From a virus: a stretch of DNA of 64,000 bases. How positions within the stretch are numbered: the stretch's first letter is position 1; the number at the start of each line of letters is the position of its first letter. A program made the position numbers and the translations under genes. Where the stretch lies: the IMG/VR virus record IMGVR_UViG_3300033996_001430, positions 10,837-74,836 of that record, one strand, 5' to 3'. This document shows positions 46,905 through 55,773 of this stretch, piece by piece. The notes below the pieces were generated by a model, which saw only the letters and a program-made list of their open reading frames with translations, was not told the origin of the DNA and ran no database searches.

Positions 46905-48038
46905 TTAATGTGAATCACCGTAATTATTTTTCTCACTTGCTATCAAATAATCAGGGTTAATGATTTTAGCAATTTTGTGTCTACTACCATCCAAAGATTT
47001 AACAACAACACCTTCGTGAGGAACTTTAGTCCCTTGAATATAGTTACCGAACACGTATTTATCTTGTTTTTCTTTTGACCAAGGACCTGAATATAATGTT
47101 TCAACCTCATCTAATTCTAAACATTGGAAGTGTGTTGTTTGACTTAAATTATCTTCATAATGTCCATCAACCTCAACATCAAAACCAGCAAAACGAATCT
47201 CCGTTAAACCATAATCATAATTCTTTTGGATTCCGTGTCCGAAGATCTCACCATAGATAATAAAACCAGAACCTATCCCATCAGGTGAATAAACATCTTT
47301 AACGTGATCCCAAAGTTTTCTACGAATATCGTATTTTATTGCTATGTCTTCCCACACATTTCTATCATAAAATCCTTGTGAATCAGAACCTTTTTCTACA
47401 TTATGGCTACCCACAACATATTCATATCCAATCCATTGATTACCAAACCATCCACGAATCTTATCTAAGAATGAAAGTTTTTTCTTCCTTACAATTCCGT
47501 AACGAGCATTGGTCCCGTGTAATTTACGAGTAATACATACCTCATCGTCCTCATTAAACATATCCGGTACATTTTTCATATTTGGGAATTTGTAGTAAAC
47601 GTGGAAGTTAGGGTTTTGGTGGTACTTGAATTTTCTACCCCCAACACTCATCTCAACCATCTTAACTGGTGGTTCGTATTTGGTGATACCTAATAGTTCC
47701 ATTAAATCTTCTCCTTCTGTAAGAGTGGGGTATTTTCTTAAAGCAGGAATAGTATTCTTACTCATAATTAAACACTCAGAGTAAACTTTACGAAGTTTAA
47801 CGGTACGAACTCTTTGACCTTTTCTTAGGTAATTAGTTACACCCATTAAATCAGATAATTCAACGGGGATTACCGCATCGGTAGTTGCAACAACAACCTT
47901 ATCACCAACACTGTATTCACCTTTCTTAGTAATGGCTTGCCAACCACCAACCAATGCAAGTTCAATGTTATCCGCACCTTCTATTGGTATAATCTCTCCG
48001 ATTATTCCAACATAACATACACTATTTAAATTTTCCAT
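46905..48038 (-). CDS. RNA ligase (DRB0094/Rnl5-like family)
   Basis: N-terminal PIEGADNIE..GWQ; KLHGTN motif I; YGEIFG; FD; EGVV; K.I. Confidence 0.85.
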   Translation of the reverse strand: MENLNSVCYVGIIGEIIPIEGADNIELALVGGWQAITKKGEYSVGDKVVVATTDAVIPVELSDLMGVTNYLRKGQRVRTVKLRKVYSECLIMSKNTIPALRKYPTLTEGEDLMELLGITKYEPPVKMVEMSVGGRKFKYHQNPNFHVYYKFPNMKNVPDMFNEDDEVCITRKLHGTNARYGIVRKKKLSFLDKIRGWFGNQWIGYEYVVGSHNVEKGSDSQGFYDRNVWEDIAIKYDIRRKLWDHVKDVYSPDGIGSGFIIYGEIFGHGIQKNYDYGLTEIRFAGFDVEVDGHYEDNLSQTTHFQCLELDEVETLYSGPWSKEKQDKYVFGNYIQGTKVPHEGVVVKSLDGSRHKIAKIINPDYLIASEKNNYGDSH

Positions 48039-48048
48039 TTCTTATTTT

Positions 48049-48420
48049 TTAATTAATATCATACAATCCGTTTTTTTGATCCTCTTCCATCATTTTTATC
48101 AAAAGAGCCTCTCTACTATATTTTCTAATTAACTTGAACGTCTCTTTGATATCTGTAAAATCAGATGGTGGTGTATCGTTTCTCACAGGAAGAAAAATTA
48201 TAGTAAATCCGTGATTTCCCGCAAACTTTTCTTTTACTCTGATACCACAGATTTCATCAATATAAACCCACGGGTAATTACCTGAAAGTTTAACTTCAAT
48301 TCCAATTTTTTTCAATCTTTCAACAAACCTTGTGATCTTATCACCGGTTTTCTTTACATTAGTTTCTGTTTCCATTTCTATATAAGTTCCAAATTTAGTT
48401 TCTCTCTTCTTTTGATCCAT
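48049..48420 (-). CDS. hypothetical protein
   Basis: RLKKIGI..GNYPWVY. Confidence 0.75.
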   Translation of the reverse strand: MDQKKRETKFGTYIEMETETNVKKTGDKITRFVERLKKIGIEVKLSGNYPWVYIDEICGIRVKEKFAGNHGFTIIFLPVRNDTPPSDFTDIKETFKLIRKYSREALLIKMMEEDQKNGLYDIN

Positions 48421-48577
48421 AACATTCCAATTTTTTATTAGTTATATTCCACAAATCTTTTTTTCCTTCCGTCATATGACAATTATGTTTCTTTCCCGTT
48501 CTTTTACCAAACTCTACAATCATATCATTATGTCGGTTACGAATGGTATGAGGACATTCTTTACAGGGTTTTTTCAT
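48395..48577 (-). CDS. small Cys/His protein
   Basis: PCKECP..HNCHM..CYG. Confidence 0.65.
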   Translation of the reverse strand: MKKPCKECPHTIRNRHNDMIVEFGKRTGKKHNCHMTEGKKDLWNITNKKLECYGSKEERN

Positions 48578-48807
48578 TTCTTATCTAAGATTGAATCAAC
48601 ATATTCTTTTGCATCTTTCAACTTTTCAAAGTCATATTTAACATCATTAATGTTAACAACATATGATTGCCACTTAGTGAATCTCTTATCGTCTTTCTGA
48701 AATGTGCGCGGGTCTCTACGTCTGAAATAATCTTTGACTTTTGATCCTTCAAACTTTGTGATTATTACACCACGATATTCCCTTTTAGTTTCTTTAGTTG
48801 TCCACAT
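48574..48807 (-). CDS. hypothetical protein
   Basis: TACCTTTG 5 nt upstream. Confidence 0.7.
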   Translation of the reverse strand: MWTTKETKREYRGVIITKFEGSKVKDYFRRRDPRTFQKDDKRFTKWQSYVVNINDVKYDFEKLKDAKEYVDSILDKK

Positions 48808-48844
48808 AGAAACAAAGGTAATAAATTAATTTGGATTTGACAAA

Positions 48845-50080
48845 CTATTTTTTGAATTTAAATTCGGTTTCTATTTTTCTTTTACCGTATTTTTTTTCCA
48901 TCAGTTGTTGATGAAGTTCCCAATTGATTATAGATTCATTCATTGGTTGATCGTCTTCTGCCATTGCGTAAAGTTTACCTAGTTTTTTAATAATTTTGTT
49001 TGCGTCGTCAGATAATTGTTTACATATATCTTTAAAGAACATAATAGGATCATCATCATACTTTGTCAAATAGTTGATGAATTTTTGTCTTACTTTTTGT
49101 AAGTTTTTTTCTTCTTCATCTTGCGGAAGTAATCCACCACCAAATGCATTATTAAATAAAGCCCTAATACCATATCTGTCTAAAGGTGTTGATGTCATTT
49201 GATCAAATAACTCAACGTTATTATTCACCAAGTTCACATAAACTAATTTTAATGTTATTTTAATCTTTTCGTCTTCAGTTAAATTTTCATTATATTGTCC
49301 AATATGTTTAATTAACGCATCCACTCTATCCATTTGTTCTTTTAAACCATCAATTAACTTTTCAAAACTATAATCCCTAATTTCTAAAATCTCTTTAAAT
49401 GATCTGTCTTCTTTAAGGAAATTTAAAAACTTAGATTTTAAAATTTTCCTTTGTCTCATTCTTGACGCAAGTTCAGTTGGTCTAACTAAACTTTCGGCAA
49501 CTTGCATAAAATAATTGTACCTCATAAACTTATGGTCAATCTCAGGTATTCCAAACCTTAAATTTCCTTTAGAGTAAGTTTGGTATTGAGCGTCTTTACC
49601 AATTAAATCAAATTGTTTTTTCTGTTTGTCGTACTTATGTTTTAACTCATGAGCCAAAGTGGATTCAGTTTCAACACGATCTTGTGTAAATCTTTCATAT
49701 AAATCTTCAGGTTCCCATTCATTACCAACGACAAATGTTATATGTAATTCTATTTCAGTATCTAATAACTGAACTTTTAATTGTATTTTTCTATTATAAT
49801 TAAAATTTTGACCCATAGCCATAGATGCAAGTTCAGCCTTCCCATCATAACCTGGAATATGCTCAACATTAACATGAAGATCAAGTGAATCAATCTGATA
49901 ATCCGAAATAGTTAAATCAACACTTTGGTTAAAAATATATTCGTCTTTTTTATAATCAATTCCCTTAATTAAATTTTCAACTATTTCATATAAATCTGAT
50001 GCAGTATCTAAAATACCTTCAGGAACCCCTAACGCTTCGTTAAGTATTTTGTATTGTGTTTCTGTTAATATAATCTTCAT
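48845..50080 (-). CDS. leader-bearing protein with HExxH metalloprotease motif
   Basis: MKIILTETQYKILNE; LAHELKH; downstream Glu. Confidence 0.6.
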   Translation of the reverse strand: MKIILTETQYKILNEALGVPEGILDTASDLYEIVENLIKGIDYKKDEYIFNQSVDLTISDYQIDSLDLHVNVEHIPGYDGKAELASMAMGQNFNYNRKIQLKVQLLDTEIELHITFVVGNEWEPEDLYERFTQDRVETESTLAHELKHKYDKQKKQFDLIGKDAQYQTYSKGNLRFGIPEIDHKFMRYNYFMQVAESLVRPTELASRMRQRKILKSKFLNFLKEDRSFKEILEIRDYSFEKLIDGLKEQMDRVDALIKHIGQYNENLTEDEKIKITLKLVYVNLVNNNVELFDQMTSTPLDRYGIRALFNNAFGGGLLPQDEEEKNLQKVRQKFINYLTKYDDDPIMFFKDICKQLSDDANKIIKKLGKLYAMAEDDQPMNESIINWELHQQLMEKKYGKRKIETEFKFKK

Positions 50081-50106
50081 ACATATAAATATGTTGGAGT
50101 TGTAAT

Positions 50107-50760
50107 TTAACCCACAACCCCAACAATATCATCTAAATGGTGATCATCGTTCATCTCAGAGACAATATTTCTTTTATCCATCATGTGTACAATCTCGGTA
50201 ATACTATATGGTTGGAGGTTGTTTCCATCCACACCAACGTCCAATCTTTTACCTTTACCCCATTTTCTACTTGCCGGTAAGTGAACGTGTCCGTGAAGGT
50301 GAACCACCCCTTTATTAAGACCATTCCAACTTTCAAATGGATAGTGAGTCATCACAAAGTTTTCTCCACCAATGTTAACCTGTAGGTAATCACTAACAGA
50401 TAAGAACATATCTTTAATGCCATCTCTATTGTTTTTGATATGGTGATCGTGATTACCAAGAACCAAGTGAATGTTTTTACATACCAATCGGTCCAAGAAG
50501 ATTCTAATAAACTCAAAACCACCAAAAGCAACGTCACCCAACATAATTAAAGTGTCGTCTTGACCAACTTTAGAGTTGATGTTATCAACCAATGCGTTAT
50601 TCATTAGTTCTAACGTTGGGAAATTTCTTGTACTATGGTCTGGCACTTTCCCATCAGTAGTTCTCCAATCAGTTACACCTCTACAAATGTTTTTATGGTT
50701 GTAGTGGGGATCTGATGTGACCCACACTCTACCTGTCGTTAATATTTTATCAAATTTCAT
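50107..50760 (-). CDS. calcineurin-like metallophosphoesterase
   Basis: SDPHYNH, LGD, GNHD, HYP, HGHVH, DVGVD. Confidence 0.9.
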   Translation of the reverse strand: MKFDKILTTGRVWVTSDPHYNHKNICRGVTDWRTTDGKVPDHSTRNFPTLELMNNALVDNINSKVGQDDTLIMLGDVAFGGFEFIRIFLDRLVCKNIHLVLGNHDHHIKNNRDGIKDMFLSVSDYLQVNIGGENFVMTHYPFESWNGLNKGVVHLHGHVHLPASRKWGKGKRLDVGVDGNNLQPYSITEIVHMMDKRNIVSEMNDDHHLDDIVGVVG

Positions 50761-50763
50761 TTC

Positions 50764-51165
50764 TTAAATTTTAATTTCAAATCTATCTTTCATTAACTGT
50801 ATCTTATCTTCAGGGACTCCGTGTTGATTAATCCCACCATGTCTATTCTCAACAATCAAACAAAACACTTTATAATCAAATATTTCCGCCATATCAAAAT
50901 ACGGTTTCATTTCCCATTCTTGAGTAAATGTGTTTGAAACAACAATTACGTTATTAATATTTGCGGTATGATTTAATATCATCGCAGTATTAACACTATC
51001 TTGACACCACTTATGTGCTTCCTTTATTTTGGTGAAGTCAAATTTATATTCACCATTATCCATAAAGAACATATCAGTCTCAAAATGAGCACCACCTAAT
51101 GATTTAGCAAACGTAGATTTACCTGATCCAGGCACACCTCTAACAATATATAATATTTTTTCCAT
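50764..51165 (-). CDS. P-loop kinase (polynucleotide kinase/AAA_33-like)
   Basis: RGVPGSGKSTFA, AHKWCQ, VSNTF, HGVP. Confidence 0.85.
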   Translation of the reverse strand: MEKILYIVRGVPGSGKSTFAKSLGGAHFETDMFFMDNGEYKFDFTKIKEAHKWCQDSVNTAMILNHTANINNVIVVSNTFTQEWEMKPYFDMAEIFDYKVFCLIVENRHGGINQHGVPEDKIQLMKDRFEIKI

Positions 51166-51168
51166 AAC

Positions 51169-51381
51169 TTAATTTTTTACCCAACCAGATTTATTGTCAG
51201 GGTTAACTTTTATCAAACCTTTCTTTAACAAGTCATACGCAATGTTCCAAGCCTTATACCCAATAACCTTGTCATATCCTTTTTTATCTTTAGTATCTAA
51301 CAAAATGTGATCAAAAACCCAAACAACCCCTTCTTTTTCCAAGAGTTCCATAAATAATTGTTCTTTCTTTGTTAGTTTCAT
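51169..51381 (-). CDS. hypothetical protein
   Basis: TATATTTG 4 nt upstream. Confidence 0.7.
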   Translation of the reverse strand: MKLTKKEQLFMELLEKEGVVWVFDHILLDTKDKKGYDKVIGYKAWNIAYDLLKKGLIKVNPDNKSGWVKN

Positions 51382-51428
51382 ACCACAAATATAACGCTTT
51401 AATTGGAATATACAAAAAAAAATATCAT

Positions 51429-51453
51429 AAAAAAAGGGAGATCTCTCTCCCTT
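51429..51453 (-). terminator. intrinsic terminator
   Basis: AAGGGAGA/TCTCCCTT stem plus T tract. Confidence 0.7.
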
Positions 51454-51475
51454 AATAAATTTTTAGTTTTAACTA

Positions 51476-53815
51476 TTAATATATTCTTACATTTCCTCCC
51501 GGTGTTGATACCTTTGGTTCTTCAGCTCCTCCCCCTCCAGTTGAAGATCCACCTGTAAGAGCCATCATAATTTGATTTCTTGTATTTTGATCTCTTTTAC
51601 AATCGACGGTTAATCCCGCATCTTTAGTGTTATTTAAATATTGTTTTACTTGTCTTAAAGCATCACACATTTCTTTTTTACGTAAATCTCTTTGTCTTTG
51701 TCTTTCAGGATCTACATTACCTCCTCCTCCTCCACCACCACCTACTACTCCACTTCTTCTACCTCTACCACCTGTACCACCTGTACCACCTGTACCACCT
51801 GTACCACCTGAACCACCTGAACCACCACCTCTAATAACCTGGTCAGTACCCTCTTTTGCGTCTTCACCAAATAAAACTTTTTGTGTTGATCCACCACCAC
51901 CAACGTTTTTATATTCAGCATCAATCACTACATTATATTCATCTAAAACATTTAAAATTTTAAAGTACCCATTATTATCACTTAGTTGTGTATCACTAGT
52001 ATTAGGAGATACTTTAATCCATTTACCTTCATCCTTTGTCGTATAATTATGTTTTCTACCCGAATACTTTATAGGTGATGCAGCATCATAAGCCATAATT
52101 TTTTTAAATGTTAACTCATCAACATCACCCGTATCTTCCAAGTTAGTATCTTTTTGTTGGAAAGCTAATACCGCTTTTTGCGTTTCAGGACCATAACCAC
52201 CTTTAGTACTAATACCTAATTTTGTTTGTATTGCAACAACATCAGGACCCGTACTTTTAAGCGTTAAAGGTCTTGTGTATTCTGTTGCAGATGCGGGTAA
52301 TTCTGTTGCAGATGCGGGTAAAACATTCCGTGCGTTAAAGGCTTCAGTACCTATTATTGCCTCTAAAGTTGCATCATCAACAACTCCATCAGTTCTTAAT
52401 GGTGTTGGAAGTTTAGCTCCTTCAGTTGTTTGGAATTTAATTACCGCTTTTTGAGTGTCTTTTCCAAATTTGTTATCAACAGGTCTTAACTTTAATGCCT
52501 TTTGTATCAACCCAACATCAGGGTCTTCCGCACCTATCCATAAAGTTTGTTCTTCAGTTAATAAATTATGTCTAAAACCTCTGATTCTATTGTTACTTAC
52601 ACTATCTTCTAATAAATTACGATTAGGTGCACCTTGGATACTATTGTCACTTTTACCATTATCATTAAAATCGGGATCTGTAGTTAAAACTATTTTATTT
52701 TGTTCCGGTCCTGGAATTGCCCAACTAAAATATTCAGGGTTAATATATGGTACTATATCATCATAACTCCAAGCATTAGTTGATAGTGAAAATTGTATTT
52801 TTTTATCATTACAATCAAACTCAGTTATAACTTTATTACTATCCATTTGTACCCCTACATCTGTGTAATCAGTACCTCTTTGGTCTTTTGCAACACCATA
52901 AACAAACTTATCAATAATAGGATTACCTGTGTTTAATTGATACCCAACACCTCCAGGTATTTGTTTCGGTTTATTCACTAATGCCGGATTACGTCTTGGA
53001 GAATTAGGGTCTATACAGTAATAACCTTCAAACGATACTTGATAAGAACCAATTTCTCCATCACCAGTATGAGGGGTATATTTACGACCCACACATTTCC
53101 ATGCTTCCCCATCACTACCCGCTCTATATGCCTCAATTGTATCATATCCACATTTTTTAGCATTTGCTAATAATGTGTCGTTCAATGTTTCTTCACTTTT
53201 TTTAGTATTTTCAATACTATCACCAACAGATTTCCAATATTCGTCACGTTTAGCCTCTGTTAAATCAATTGACTTAGTTAATGAATGTATTGAAGCTTGA
53301 GCAACATAATAAGAATAATCATCTGATCCAACATTAGCAACCGACGCTCTATATATATTACCATATCCAAGGTCCTCTCCTCTTTTTACAGTAGCACACC
53401 ATGATGGGAAATCTAACTGATAAATTATACTTCTAACTTTATCCTCTACCGTATCTGTCGCTCTGTACTGAGTAATAAGATCCTCCACTACTTGTTCAAT
53501 ATTTGAACTTAGAGGTTTACCCATTTTTAAAGTATTACATTTTTTCGATAATTCATCTACCGCTAAATCAAGATTACTACGACTAATACTTGCAATTTCT
53601 GTTTGAGCATTTTTAGCTAGCCAGTAACTAGCACCATCAGCCCCAATACAAAAACCACCATCAACACATGGGTTGAACTCTATTTTAATATTATCATATG
53701 TTTTATCACCAACTGTTACTTTACCAGTGTCGTAACTCTCATTTAACAAACCATAACTTTCATTTAGACTTTGTCTAACAATTCTTTTTAATAAACTATC
53801 TGTAATTCTTTTCAT
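51476..53815 (-). CDS. large leader-bearing protein with two peptidoglycan-binding domains and Gly-rich linker
   Basis: IVRQSLNES; IQKAL..DNKFGKDT..FQ; IQTKLG..YGPET..FQ; shares AKKCG..Y...WKC with 42753-44249. Confidence 0.75.
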   Translation of the reverse strand: MKRITDSLLKRIVRQSLNESYGLLNESYDTGKVTVGDKTYDNIKIEFNPCVDGGFCIGADGASYWLAKNAQTEIASISRSNLDLAVDELSKKCNTLKMGKPLSSNIEQVVEDLITQYRATDTVEDKVRSIIYQLDFPSWCATVKRGEDLGYGNIYRASVANVGSDDYSYYVAQASIHSLTKSIDLTEAKRDEYWKSVGDSIENTKKSEETLNDTLLANAKKCGYDTIEAYRAGSDGEAWKCVGRKYTPHTGDGEIGSYQVSFEGYYCIDPNSPRRNPALVNKPKQIPGGVGYQLNTGNPIIDKFVYGVAKDQRGTDYTDVGVQMDSNKVITEFDCNDKKIQFSLSTNAWSYDDIVPYINPEYFSWAIPGPEQNKIVLTTDPDFNDNGKSDNSIQGAPNRNLLEDSVSNNRIRGFRHNLLTEEQTLWIGAEDPDVGLIQKALKLRPVDNKFGKDTQKAVIKFQTTEGAKLPTPLRTDGVVDDATLEAIIGTEAFNARNVLPASATELPASATEYTRPLTLKSTGPDVVAIQTKLGISTKGGYGPETQKAVLAFQQKDTNLEDTGDVDELTFKKIMAYDAASPIKYSGRKHNYTTKDEGKWIKVSPNTSDTQLSDNNGYFKILNVLDEYNVVIDAEYKNVGGGGSTQKVLFGEDAKEGTDQVIRGGGSGGSGGTGGTGGTGGTGGRGRRSGVVGGGGGGGGNVDPERQRQRDLRKKEMCDALRQVKQYLNNTKDAGLTVDCKRDQNTRNQIMMALTGGSSTGGGGAEEPKVSTPGGNVRIY
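52280..52321. repeat. perfect 21-bp tandem duplication (LPASATE x2)
   Basis: TTCTGTTGCAGATGCGGGTAA x2. Confidence 0.9.
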
Positions 53816-53818
53816 GTC

Positions 53819-54031
53819 TTATCCAATTATAGCTTTTTTTATGGCCTTAGCCGTCAAAGGACCAAATTTACCGTCGGCATCTAAACCCGCATTTTTATTG
53901 GTATTTAACCAATTCTGTATATCTAAAATGGTGTAATCCTGAGTCTGCTCAACCAAAACATTGGTCTTTACCCCATGTTTGCTTAGTATGTCTCTGATCT
54001 CACTTTCCGTTAATTTTAATTTATGCAACAT
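53819..54031 (-). CDS. leader plus single peptidoglycan-binding motif
   Basis: LTESE..VLVEQ; IQNWLN..LDADGKFGPLTAKAI. Confidence 0.75.
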   Translation of the reverse strand: MLHKLKLTESEIRDILSKHGVKTNVLVEQTQDYTILDIQNWLNTNKNAGLDADGKFGPLTAKAIKKAIIG

Positions 54032-54091
54032 AAGTATTGTGTCTTAAATTTATTTTATTATATAAATATACCTATATAATAAAAAATAAAT

Positions 54092-54119
54092 AAAAAAAGG
54101 GAACCGAAGTTCCCATTTT
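54092..54119 (-). terminator. intrinsic terminator with UUCG loop
   Basis: GGGAAC-TTCG-GTTCCC followed by T7 on minus strand. Confidence 0.85.
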
Positions 54120-54179
54120 AGGCCCGACATTGGATAAATGTCTGACTCCACCACCTTGTTTTTCTAAACAAGGAAACAA

Positions 54180-54455
54180 TTAGTTTGTTACCAACGCCTC
54201 AATCTTACTTTTAACTTGTTCAGTTAATGAAACTTCCTTAACGTTAGTAACGATAACCGAATCTTTCAATACCTTATTTGGGATGTGAACCAAGAATGTA
54301 TCTCCGTTGAAGAAACTCAAGTCTTCTTCTAATACCAATGCTCCGTGTACCATCTTCAAAAAGATTCTGAATTGTGTCTGATCCATGAATGTCTCGTTGA
54401 TTAAATCACCGAACTTATCACTTACTACTTTTATGTTGAAACCCGTCTTATTCAT
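54180..54455 (-). CDS. hypothetical protein
   Basis: TATATTTG 4 nt upstream. Confidence 0.75.
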   Translation of the reverse strand: MNKTGFNIKVVSDKFGDLINETFMDQTQFRIFLKMVHGALVLEEDLSFFNGDTFLVHIPNKVLKDSVIVTNVKEVSLTEQVKSKIEALVTN

Positions 54456-54472
54456 ATAACAAATATAGTTAA

Positions 54473-54805
54473 TTATTTCTCAATTACAAATTTTTTACCC
54501 ACTTTTTTTAGTGTACCAACAAAATCTTTTTGAGGATCAATACCTGACCAAAAACCAGAACCATCAGACCAAACGCCACGTTTATTATTTTTATAAACCG
54601 TTTCACCTTCAAATATAATATAATCAGGTTGATCATTTTCAGTCAAAGCATATGCTCTTGTCATTTCTCTACTTTCAGATGGTGTGTAAATACCTGACCA
54701 ATCTTGTCTACATAAAAATGTTGCTTGTCCAACAATTACTTCTTGCCCATCAAGGGTTGCTTTCTTGTTGAATTTTTTCTTGAATGTATTGATGTAACTA
54801 CCCAT
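54473..54805 (-). CDS. hypothetical protein (start revised to MGSYINT)
   Basis: TATATTTG at 54823-54830; track extension crosses a terminator. Confidence 0.75.
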   Translation of the reverse strand: MGSYINTFKKKFNKKATLDGQEVIVGQATFLCRQDWSGIYTPSESREMTRAYALTENDQPDYIIFEGETVYKNNKRGVWSDGSGFWSGIDPQKDFVGTLKKVGKKFVIEK

Positions 54806-54851
54806 ATGTTTTTTTGTTTTTACAAATATACAAATAAAAATGACATGGCAT

Positions 54852-54889
54852 AAAAAATCCCATACTTTTTTCTCAAAAAACATGGGATT
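54852..54889 (-). terminator. intrinsic terminator
   Basis: AATCCCAT..TTTTTT/AAAAAA..ATGGGATT plus T tract. Confidence 0.65.
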
Positions 54890-54991
54890 AATATTGATAA
54901 ACCAATTAATTCGTAGAAAGGAAGGGTATTGGTTGTTTTTTTGTGTAATATAAATATATAATACTTTAGTAAAAGTCAAAAAAATTTACTT

Positions 54992-55402
54992 TTAATTTAA
55001 AATTTTTGTTAAAATCTTGTATAATTCTTCATTTTTACCAATTGGAAGGTCTTCTAACGTAAAAAACCCAAAATCTGAATGTTCATGCCCATCTTTTGCT
55101 TTATCCAAGTTTGGTGTCATTTTCTTGTCAGATTCATATAGATACACATAAATTAAACCCTTCGGATCTCCATCATCATCTTTTTTTGTTATGAACCCAA
55201 CCAAACTTATTTCGTCTTCAATCTTAATGTTTGTCTCTTCATAAAACTCACGATAAGCACAATCTCTTGGAGTTTCGTTTGCTTCCATATGCCCTGATGG
55301 AATAAACCATTTACCCGCATAAGTTTCATGGTCAGCTCGTTTACATAACAAAACTTTATTACCATATTTTAATATTACACCTGAACTTCTATCTGATTTC
55401 AT
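54992..55402 (-). CDS. NUDIX hydrolase
   Basis: GHMEANETPRDCAYREFYEET Nudix box. Confidence 0.9.
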   Translation of the reverse strand: MKSDRSSGVILKYGNKVLLCKRADHETYAGKWFIPSGHMEANETPRDCAYREFYEETNIKIEDEISLVGFITKKDDDGDPKGLIYVYLYESDKKMTPNLDKAKDGHEHSDFGFFTLEDLPIGKNEELYKILTKILN

Positions 55403-55425
55403 TATAAGAATATATTTATAAGTAT

Positions 55426-55773
55426 ATGGAATTAATAGTAAACAATAATTTATTCAATGTCAAATGTGTTATAACCAGTAAAGACATACAAAACGGTATG
55501 ATGGATAAAAAATTTGATAAAAGTTTTGATGGTATGTTATTCATAATGAAGGATGGTGATCATTCTTTTTGGATGAAGAACTGTATCATATCTTTAGATA
55601 TAATTTTTATAAAAGATAATAAAATTAACAAAATACATAATAACTGTAAACCGTGTGACGCACCTGAATGCGATCGTTACACAGGTAATGGAGATATGGT
55701 ATTAGAACTTAAAGGTGGTACTTGTATTAAATACGATATAGCTGAAGGCGATACTATTATTTTACAAGATTAA
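55426..55773 (+). CDS. DUF192-family protein
   Basis: GMLF, FWMKNC..SLDIIF, VLELKGG. Confidence 0.85.
   Translation: MELIVNNNLFNVKCVITSKDIQNGMMDKKFDKSFDGMLFIMKDGDHSFWMKNCIISLDIIFIKDNKINKIHNNCKPCDAPECDRYTGNGDMVLELKGGTCIKYDIAEGDTIILQD

Noticed and set aside
54806-54979. N-terminal extensions in the ORF track (also at 2885, 3673, 13448, 16139, 16872, 27685, 29839, 40857, 59124, 63219)
   Set aside because: They run across promoter motifs, terminators or neighbouring genes; downstream ATGs fit motif spacing and family starts better.
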